From IMG/VR virus record IMGVR_UViG_3300020421_002402, positions 46,194-110,193 of that record: a stretch of DNA of 64,000 nt; one strand, written 5' to 3'. Under the pieces are notes generated by a model. That model saw nothing but the letters and a program-made list of their open reading frames with translations. It was not told where the DNA came from and searched no databases. Below, one piece after another: positions 56,642 to 64,000 of the stretch; the stretch's first letter is position 1, and each line of letters begins with the position of its first letter. The position numbers and the translations under genes were made by a program. The DNA comes from a virus.

Positions 56642-57351
56642 ACAGAAGAACATTACAGACATTTTCAATTTTAGCACTGGCATTTATCATGACATCATGT
56701 GCTACAACTGGATACCAACCTTTACCTCCTGTTAAAGTAATTACTGAAACTGTTGAAGTAGAAATATACTCACCACCTTTACCACCAGAAATACAATTAA
56801 ATGATGTTGAATGGAAGGTTATAACTAACACTCCATGCAAACCTGCAACAGGTAAAAAGACATTATCACAAGGCAAATGGTATTACACAACAGAAAGATT
56901 TGAATACGAAGAATACTTTGATGAGGAAAAGCAAGAAACGAGACGTAAAGTAAAACGTGATGCAGATAACAATCGTATTGAATTACCACAATTAGAAGAT
57001 GGCAATGGTGTAATACAAGTATGTGGTAACTTACAACAAAAAATAGCAGAAGTAGAATTAATGTTAGATGGAGAGTTTGTTATATTTGCAATAACTCCAG
57101 TAGGATATGAACAAATGTCTGCTAACTTACAAGAGATAAAACGTTACATAGGTCAACAAAAAGATATAATTTACTATTATAGAGAGGCAACTGCACCCAA
57201 AGGTAAAGAAGGTTGGCTTAAAGAGAATGAAGAAAGACAAGAACAGCAAGTAGAAAAAGCAGAAGCAGACAACGAACCTGTTGTTGAAACTAAAGATGAA
57301 TCAGGCTTTAGTTTAAAATCACTTATACCTAGTATAGGTGATAAGGATTAA
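56629..57351 (+). CDS. Outer-membrane spanin lipoprotein (Rz1-like) with insertion
   Basis: Lipobox MTSC, Pro-rich linker, YEQMSANLQEIKRYI.QQK.II.YY. Confidence 0.7.
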   Translation: MDILNRRTLQTFSILALAFIMTSCATTGYQPLPPVKVITETVEVEIYSPPLPPEIQLNDVEWKVITNTPCKPATGKKTLSQGKWYYTTERFEYEEYFDEEKQETRRKVKRDADNNRIELPQLEDGNGVIQVCGNLQQKIAEVELMLDGEFVIFAITPVGYEQMSANLQEIKRYIGQQKDIIYYYREATAPKGKEGWLKENEERQEQQVEKAEADNEPVVETKDESGFSLKSLIPSIGDKD

Positions 57352-57356
57352 GTATT

Positions 57357-57587
57357 ATGAGCATACAAGAAAAAGTAATTAACTTAATATCTGAAGAACT
57401 TAGAATACCAAAAGAAAAAATTATACCTACAGCAAATGTATTTGACGATTTAAACTTTGATAGTTTAGATAGTGTTCAAGTGGTATTAGAATTAGAACAA
57501 AAGTTCGACATTGAAACTACAGATGACGAAATAGACGGCATCAAAACAGTTCAAGATATCATAGATTTAGTAGAGAACTTAGCATAA
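57357..57587 (+). CDS. acpP: Acyl carrier protein
   Basis: DLNFDSLDSV (phosphopantetheine Ser), LE..FDI, IKTVQD. Confidence 0.92.
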   Translation: MSIQEKVINLISEELRIPKEKIIPTANVFDDLNFDSLDSVQVVLELEQKFDIETTDDEIDGIKTVQDIIDLVENLA

Positions 57588-57595
57588 CATTGTCC

Positions 57596-57623
57596 TTGAC
57601 TTTCCTTATTATTAGTGTATAAT
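57596..57623 (+). promoter_or_regulatory. sigma70-type promoter, leaderless
   Basis: TTGACT-16-TATAAT-6nt-ATG. Confidence 0.7.
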
Positions 57624-57629
57624 TAAGTC

Positions 57630-58436
57630 ATGGATCATTATCAAACATTAGGTGTATCACCACAAGCAGACGAAAAGGAAATTAAGAAAGCCTATCGTAG
57701 ACTTGCGGGTAAACATCATCCAGATAAAGGCGGAGATGAAAATGAATTTAAGAAAATACAAAAAGCATACGAAACTCTTAGCAATCCTGAAAAACGCCAG
57801 CAATACGATAATCCAAACCCATTCGAAGGCGGCGACCCATTTAGTCAAGGTGGCTTCAACTTTAGGGGAGACTTTGGAGATGTATTCCAAGACATATTTG
57901 GGAGAGGATTCCAACAAAGACAGCCAACGAGGAACCCAGACGGAGTAGTTGATTTACATTTAGAACTGCATGAAGTATATCATGGCACAGAAAAAATGAT
58001 AAACACAGGCTACGGCACATTTAAAATAACAATACCTGCAGGAACTAGACATGGCACTAAATTTAATATGCATGGTAAAGGACCTGTGGAACATCAAGGA
58101 CTGCCACCTGGAGACCTTATAGTTAGATGCTTTGTACACAGTCCACCTGAATGGGATAGACGTAATGACGATTTATATATCAGAGTACAAGTAGATTACT
58201 TAGAAGCAATAGCAGGTACTGAAGTTAGAATCACTCAGTTAGATAATAGACAGTTAGATATAAAGATTCCTAAATTAACAAACCCAGGATCACAACTCAA
58301 ATTGCAAGGTAAAGGTATGCCTAATCCACAGAATGGTAGGGTAGGAAATCTCATAGTAGTAGTGGAAGTTGTTAGTCCAAACTTAACAGATGAACAGATT
58401 TCAAGAATACAAGATATTAAAAACAACAAAGAGTAA
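57630..58436 (+). CDS. Class B DnaJ (CbpA-like, no Zn finger)
   Basis: J-domain with HPD, G/F region, C-terminal DnaJ domain. Confidence 0.92.
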   Translation: MDHYQTLGVSPQADEKEIKKAYRRLAGKHHPDKGGDENEFKKIQKAYETLSNPEKRQQYDNPNPFEGGDPFSQGGFNFRGDFGDVFQDIFGRGFQQRQPTRNPDGVVDLHLELHEVYHGTEKMINTGYGTFKITIPAGTRHGTKFNMHGKGPVEHQGLPPGDLIVRCFVHSPPEWDRRNDDLYIRVQVDYLEAIAGTEVRITQLDNRQLDIKIPKLTNPGSQLKLQGKGMPNPQNGRVGNLIVVVEVVSPNLTDEQISRIQDIKNNKE

Positions 58437-58444
58437 ATATTAGT

Positions 58445-60643
58445 ATGAGTAATGTAGATAATGTAATAGAATGTGCAATTGAATATGCTGAGGACAGACA
58501 GCATGAATATGTCACTGTTGAACACTTAATGTTATGCCTATTAGAGAATGAAGAAATCATAGAAATAGTAGATAATATTACAGGCGACAGGGAAGTTGCT
58601 ATTAATGATTTGCGAAACTATTTAGACGACAAGGATTATAATGGACTTGTGGGAGAAACTCCTTGGGATGGTAAGCCTAAGAAAACTACAAGTGTAGAAC
58701 GAGTAATGCAACGAGCATTTGCACAAGTTATCTTTAGTGCTAGAGACCAAATAAATCCAGTTGATATATTTGTGAGTATTTTATCTGAGGATAAATCACA
58801 TGCACAATACTACTGTGAACTAAATGGTATAAACAGATTAGCAGTTGTTGAGTATATTACTAAGCATGTTTCTACAGTACAAAGTTTAAAAGAAGCAGAA
58901 GAGTTTTTAATAAATCTAAATGAAAGAGCGGCACAAAGCGAAATAGATCCTTTAATAGGAAGACAAGATGAGGTTGACGATGTTGTTCACATACTTGCTA
59001 GACGTAAAAAGAATAATCCATTACTAATAGGTGAACCTGGTGTAGGTAAAACTGCAATAGCAGAAGGACTTGCATTAAAGATTGTAGAAGGGCAAGTACC
59101 TAATGCATTAAAAGAAAAGATTGTGTACAGTTTAGACGTAGGTGGATTACTTGCAGGAACTAGATACAGAGGAGACTTTGAAGAACGTATTAAAGTAGTG
59201 CTAGACAGTTTAGAAAAGAATAAAAATGTAATACTGTTCATAGATGAAATACATATGATTATGGGTGCCGGTAGTGCTGGCGGCAGTAGTGTAGACATAG
59301 CAAACTTAATGAAACCAATATTGGGTAGAGGTAAGTTATTAACTATGGGTGCAACAACTAGCGATGAATATAGCACACATTTTGAAAAGGATAGAGCATT
59401 AATGCGTAGGTTCCAAAGAGTAGAAGTAGAGCCTACTGATGTTGAAACAACAACAGAAATTGTAAAAGGATTACAACCTTACTTCGAAGAATTTCATCAA
59501 GTCAGTTACGAGGTTGACTTGTTAGAAAAAAGTGTTGACTTAGCACATAGATATATCAAGAACAAATACTTTCCAGACAAAGCAGTTGACGTGATGGATG
59601 CCGCAGGTGCTAAAACAAAACTAAGAGGAGAGCAAACTGTTCTAATGGATGATGTACTTTCTGTTATTAGTAAGATGAGCAACATAGGAAAAGATGTAAT
59701 TGATATTGATAGCACCGAAGGTTATAAAAGTTTAGATAAAAGAATTAAAACAAAAGTGTTTGGACAAGATGATGCAGTGGATCAAATTGTAGAAGCAATA
59801 CTTGTTAGCAAGTCTGGTTTAAGAGAGCCTAACAAGCCTATTGGTTCTTTCCTACTATTAGGTCCTACTGGTACAGGTAAAACTGAAACAGCCAAACAGT
59901 TAGCAGAACAATTAGAAAGTAAACTGATACGTTTTGATATGAGTGAGTATCAAGAAAGACATAGTGTCAGTAAACTAATTGGAGCACCTCCTGGTTACGT
60001 TGGACATGCCGAAGGTAAAATGGGTCAAGGTCAACTACTTACAAGTGTTGAAGACAATCCTAATTGCGTACTTCTATTAGATGAGGTTGAAAAAGCCGCA
60101 CCAGAAGTACTACAGGTATTATTACAAGTGATGGACGATGGACGATTAACAGGTGCTACAGGTAAAACAACTGATTTTACCAATGTAGTTTTACTCATGA
60201 CAAGTAACCTAGGAGCCTCTGATGCTGAGAAACTTAAGATTGGTTTTGGTAAAAACATCAAAGAGAATGTAGATGTTAAAGCAGTACAAAGTTTCTTTAC
60301 TCCAGAGTTTAGAAATAGAATAGATGCAGTTATTAAATTTAACAAGTTAAGCACAGAAGTAATACAAAAAATTGTTAAACGACTTGAAGATGAGATTAAC
60401 GAGCAACTTAAAGATAAAAACATTGTAATTAAATTAGACAGCGATACTGTAAATTATTTTGTAGAGAATGGCTATGAACCTTCAATGGGTGCTAGACCGT
60501 TAAAAAGATTGTTTGAAGGAGACCTTAAGAAACCTTTGAGTAAGAAAATATTGTTTGAAGACTTAAAAAACGTAACAGTAAATGTAAAAATAATAGATGG
60601 AACGATTAACATTGAAAGCACTGAACAAAAAGAACAAGTATAA
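58445..60643 (+). CDS. clpA: Clp protease ATPase subunit ClpA
   Basis: HEYVTVEHL N-domain, two AAA modules (GEPGVGKT, GPTGTGKT), no M-domain, IGF loop. Confidence 0.93.
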   Translation: MSNVDNVIECAIEYAEDRQHEYVTVEHLMLCLLENEEIIEIVDNITGDREVAINDLRNYLDDKDYNGLVGETPWDGKPKKTTSVERVMQRAFAQVIFSARDQINPVDIFVSILSEDKSHAQYYCELNGINRLAVVEYITKHVSTVQSLKEAEEFLINLNERAAQSEIDPLIGRQDEVDDVVHILARRKKNNPLLIGEPGVGKTAIAEGLALKIVEGQVPNALKEKIVYSLDVGGLLAGTRYRGDFEERIKVVLDSLEKNKNVILFIDEIHMIMGAGSAGGSSVDIANLMKPILGRGKLLTMGATTSDEYSTHFEKDRALMRRFQRVEVEPTDVETTTEIVKGLQPYFEEFHQVSYEVDLLEKSVDLAHRYIKNKYFPDKAVDVMDAAGAKTKLRGEQTVLMDDVLSVISKMSNIGKDVIDIDSTEGYKSLDKRIKTKVFGQDDAVDQIVEAILVSKSGLREPNKPIGSFLLLGPTGTGKTETAKQLAEQLESKLIRFDMSEYQERHSVSKLIGAPPGYVGHAEGKMGQGQLLTSVEDNPNCVLLLDEVEKAAPEVLQVLLQVMDDGRLTGATGKTTDFTNVVLLMTSNLGASDAEKLKIGFGKNIKENVDVKAVQSFFTPEFRNRIDAVIKFNKLSTEVIQKIVKRLEDEINEQLKDKNIVIKLDSDTVNYFVENGYEPSMGARPLKRLFEGDLKKPLSKKILFEDLKNVTVNVKIIDGTINIESTEQKEQV

Positions 60644-61298
60644 AGGAATAAAACTATCTGGTAGTCCTAAAGTTTTTTATGGCAAGTATCCTTATAGAAT
60701 AAAAATATTAGGTAATAACATCATTACCTACTTCGAAGAAGATTCACAAAATAGTTCTTACAATGATACTTTCTCCAAAATGTTAGACTTTGTTTGGGAG
60801 TATCCTAAAACAGTTAAACTGTTAAATGGTTGGTCTCGATATGCTTATTTTCATAGTAAAGATACATTTGATAAATTTATAGACAACTTCAGTGATTCAA
60901 TTGAAGAAGTTACAGGCCCTTTAAACAAAACACATGCTTCACACTTAGCAACAGTTAATGCAGAAAACTATTGGGATTTCAAACAACATGTTATTAGAAA
61001 AGACAATTACTTTGGTAAATGGGATACCAAACTAATTTTAAGATACCCAGTAAGCACATACCATGGCACGTTTTATGGAAAACTTCATAACTCAAGTGGT
61101 TACAAACAAACAATGAATCACTTTAGAAAGGTAGGTGAGACTGTTAGAGATTGTAGCGGTGATGGAGATGTACGTCAACATCAACGTACAATTTATGTCA
61201 ATAGTACTGATATGGAAGACATAAGCATGTTCTTAAAACTAAAATATGCAGATTGTGTCCAATGTATTGTCAGTGTATTGGTCGTTGAAAATCTCTAA
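60597..61298 (+). CDS. Hypothetical protein
   Basis: Two FYGKYPY/YFGKW-like half repeats. Confidence 0.6.
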   Translation: MERLTLKALNKKNKYKGIKLSGSPKVFYGKYPYRIKILGNNIITYFEEDSQNSSYNDTFSKMLDFVWEYPKTVKLLNGWSRYAYFHSKDTFDKFIDNFSDSIEEVTGPLNKTHASHLATVNAENYWDFKQHVIRKDNYFGKWDTKLILRYPVSTYHGTFYGKLHNSSGYKQTMNHFRKVGETVRDCSGDGDVRQHQRTIYVNSTDMEDISMFLKLKYADCVQCIVSVLVVENL

Positions 61299-61315
61299 AA
61301 GCGATAAATACAAGT

Positions 61316-61729
61316 ATGAGCATCAATCGAAAATCAATTTTAATGCAGAGTTCAACAGGCTCTACTATGTCTTTGACTACAAATAATGTAGAAGGAGATA
61401 GTTATTATGGATACTCAGATGGTATTCACACCATAGCAGTATCATACAATTCATTTAAAGGTAGAGTAAGTGTACAAGGAACTTTAGCATTAACACCCAC
61501 AGACGCAGACTTCTTTGATATACAAATACCAGGTGGATTAACTGCCGCAGGCGGTGGATATAAACAGTTTCCAACCACAGGGACTTCAGGATTTACTGGA
61601 GTAGAAGCATATACTATCACAGGCAACTTTACATACTTAAGAATTAAGATAGATAGAAGTCATTTAGGCGATGGTACTACATACGATTCTGCGTATGGTT
61701 CTATAAACTACATTAGATTATCAGCATAA
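61316..61729 (+). CDS. Putative virion structural protein
   Basis: GDSYYG.SDG.HT, QGTL...P, GNFTYLR. TAAATA-5nt-ATG. Confidence 0.6.
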   Translation: MSINRKSILMQSSTGSTMSLTTNNVEGDSYYGYSDGIHTIAVSYNSFKGRVSVQGTLALTPTDADFFDIQIPGGLTAAGGGYKQFPTTGTSGFTGVEAYTITGNFTYLRIKIDRSHLGDGTTYDSAYGSINYIRLSA

Positions 61730-61827
61730 ATTAAAGATTTATTACATCTGCATCAAAGTCACGAGTTCTAAAGACTGTCAACTTTGCTAAAAACGATAAA
61801 TACTGTTTATAACATAGGATTTATCGA

Positions 61828-64000
61828 ATGGCAATTAGTTCAAATGAAACAATATCTTTTAACCTAGATGGCGTTACTGACAATCAAATATTAGTATATG
61901 ATGCTTCAACAGGTTCGTTTAAGAATGAAACGGCGGCTGTAAGTGCCAATGCCAGTGTAACTGGACTAGGAAGAAACGTAGGCTCACAAGGTGTTGGTCT
62001 TTACAAACAAAATGATAGTCAATACTTAGAATTTTATAAGTTACAGTCAGGTGCTAACACCACATTGACTTTGACTGACAATGTACTTTTTATTGATGCA
62101 GTTGTTGGTGCAGGTTCTACTACTATTGGAAGTGCTAATGCTAATACAGTTTTAGTTGCAGATGCAACTGGTAATGTATTAAATGGATCAGACAGTTTAA
62201 CATTTGATGGAACTACATTTAGTTTCTTAGGCTCAGGCAACAATGTCACAGTAGCAAATGGTTTAGTTACTGCTAACAATCTAGTAACAACAAACTTAAC
62301 ATTTGGTGGCATAGCAATGCCAACAGCAGACGGTACTGCTAATCAAATACTAATTACAAATGGTTCTAACGTATTAAGTTTTGCCAATCAACAAGATATA
62401 TCCGTAAAAACAGATAATACAGCCTTTAATGCTCACGTGGCACAGGCAATGGTTACCACGGCTCACAATGCTCCAGCATTGGATAATACATATGACTTAG
62501 GTAACAGTTCAAACAAATTCAGTGAAGTGTTCAGTACATACTTTAGAGGTACGGCTGACTTGGCAGTAAATGCCACTAACTTAGGATCACAACCTGCGGC
62601 TAACTATAGACTAGCGGCAGACAGTTATACATCAGCACAAGTTGATGCCTTAATAGCCAATGTAGATACTGCTAATACAAGTGGATTACTATCCAATATT
62701 ACAGTTACAAATGGCACAACATCTTTTGTAGATACAAAAGTAGATTTAAGAGGTGATGGTAATATTACTATTACTCCAGATACTGCAAACAAAAGAGTTA
62801 CTATTGGATTAGATGCAACTGACATAGCCACTAGAGCATTCAGACAAATAGCAGTATCAGGACAAAACAATGTGGTTGCAGACAGTTCTTCAGACACATT
62901 AACATTTGTTGCTGGTACTAACATGTCAATTACAACAAGTGATGCAGGCGATAGCATTACATTTACAAGCACCGGTGGTGGCGGCGGTGGCGGCAATAGT
63001 AATATTGCTCTTACAGATTTCAGTGTTTCAAGTCAAACACCAAGTGGTAACGGAAGTTTATCATATAATAATGCAGGTGTATTTACATTTACTCCTGCTA
63101 ACATTCAAGCAACAACTCAAAGTTTAAGTTGGAATGCAGGATCAAGCGAACTAAGTATTTCAAGTGGTAATACAGTTGATTTAAGTGTATTGGCGGCTCA
63201 GGACATATCCATTAGTGGTAATGTTATTAGCCTTACAGGACAATCAGGTAATGTAGATTTAACAAGCACACTGGCAGGCGTGGCAGGCAATTATGGCGAC
63301 AGTAATGTTGCTACATATTTGACAACAAATAATTATGCACAAGATAGTGATATCACTAGTGCTAATACAAACATGCAGACGTATGTTAATACTGCAAATA
63401 CAAACATGCAAACATACGTTGATACAGCAAATACGAATATGCAGACCTATGTTAATACTGCAAATACAAATGTTGTAGCATACGTTGACAATCAAGTTAC
63501 TTTATTAAAAGGCGGAGCCAATGTTAATTTAGACAGTTTGGCAGAAGTTGCCAATGCCTTAAACAACAGTAATACACAATTATCTACAGTAGCATTTACT
63601 GGTAATCATACAGATGTACAGAACAGACCTACTATAGCATTAAGTGGTAGTGACCTAACATACGATGGAACTACACTTGACCTTAGTGGCTTAGGTGCTA
63701 CAGGTCCACAAGGACCACAGGGTAATGCTGGTACAAACGGAACAGACGGAACAAGTATATCAAGTGGTGCAATAAGTGGTAGTACACTAACACTCACAAT
63801 GAGTGACAGTAGTACAATCAATGTAACAGGTAATGTTGTAGGACCACAAGGTGCAACTGGAGCCGCTGGTAGTAATGGTACAGACGGAACAGATGGTGTT
63901 GGTATAACAAGTGTAAGTTTAGTTGGTGGTGCTAATTTAGTACTTAACTATTCAAACAGTTCAACACAAGATGTAGGAAACATTAAAGGACCTACAGGTT
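61828..64000 (+). CDS. Long tail fibre-like protein (3'-truncated, not in ORF track)
   Basis: Open frame from MAISSNETISF. PTADGTANQILITNG, TYDLG, collagen-like GPQGPQG. Confidence 0.85.
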   Translation, partial: MAISSNETISFNLDGVTDNQILVYDASTGSFKNETAAVSANASVTGLGRNVGSQGVGLYKQNDSQYLEFYKLQSGANTTLTLTDNVLFIDAVVGAGSTTIGSANANTVLVADATGNVLNGSDSLTFDGTTFSFLGSGNNVTVANGLVTANNLVTTNLTFGGIAMPTADGTANQILITNGSNVLSFANQQDISVKTDNTAFNAHVAQAMVTTAHNAPALDNTYDLGNSSNKFSEVFSTYFRGTADLAVNATNLGSQPAANYRLAADSYTSAQVDALIANVDTANTSGLLSNITVTNGTTSFVDTKVDLRGDGNITITPDTANKRVTIGLDATDIATRAFRQIAVSGQNNVVADSSSDTLTFVAGTNMSITTSDAGDSITFTSTGGGGGGGNSNIALTDFSVSSQTPSGNGSLSYNNAGVFTFTPANIQATTQSLSWNAGSSELSISSGNTVDLSVLAAQDISISGNVISLTGQSGNVDLTSTLAGVAGNYGDSNVATYLTTNNYAQDSDITSANTNMQTYVNTANTNMQTYVDTANTNMQTYVNTANTNVVAYVDNQVTLLKGGANVNLDSLAEVANALNNSNTQLSTVAFTGNHTDVQNRPTIALSGSDLTYDGTTLDLSGLGATGPQGPQGNAGTNGTDGTSISSGAISGSTLTLTMSDSSTINVTGNVVGPQGATGAAGSNGTDGTDGVGITSVSLVGGANLVLNYSNSSTQDVGNIKGPTG
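63361..63489 (+). repeat. 33-nt tandem repeat, about 4 copies (ANTNMQTYVNT)
   Basis: Synonymous variation between copies, 11-residue period. Confidence 0.85.

Noticed and set aside
1-64000. Alternative genetic code (stop-codon recoding)
   Set aside because: Conserved genes are full length in the standard code, and TAA, TAG and TGA all end genes at sensible positions.
1-64000. Bacterial chromosome origin, given suf, clp, nadE and ribosomal protein genes
   Set aside because: These genes are interleaved with phage-type genes and TAAATA late boxes, and they lack bacterial operon context.
1-64000. CRISPR arrays, tRNAs, rRNAs, IS elements, introns and inteins
   Set aside because: None seen by eye. 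The tandem repeats found are in-frame coding repeats. A tRNAscan/Infernal run is still needed.

Overview
AT-rich, gene-dense segment, almost entirely on the + strand. It looks like a large T4-like/jumbo phage of a Gram-negative, probably marine proteobacterial host. Phage signals: clamp loader, split DnaE fragment, GroES-like gene, PhoH, UvsE, a spanin pair, virion and tail-fibre genes, sigma70-type TTGACA/TATAAT promoters and T4-late-type TAAATA boxes. It carries an unusually complete host-type toolkit: SUF Fe-S assembly (sufB-C-D-S-T plus a distal sufE), the full Clp set (clpX, clpS, clpP, clpA), Hsp20/DnaJ/GroES, ribosomal proteins bS21 (extended) and bL33, ferredoxin, a ferritin-like protein, peroxiredoxin, FabF/ACP, NadE, GuaC, QueD and a TorF-type porin. 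The main signals read directly from the DNA are: (i) a canonical -1 frameshift cassette (A_AAA_AAG, 6 nt, hairpin) that would extend a lipoprotein by 32 aa; (ii) many promoters placed so that transcription starts at the ATG (leaderless mRNAs), alongside the phage ribosomal proteins; (iii) several structured non-coding RNA candidates, including a ~320-nt pseudoknotted RNA before hsp20 and an SD-sequestering pseudoknot; (iv) a three-member degenerate methyltransferase-like family and a ParB/DGQH + HNH gene pair. All calls come from motif recognition by eye; no searches or folding programs were run.
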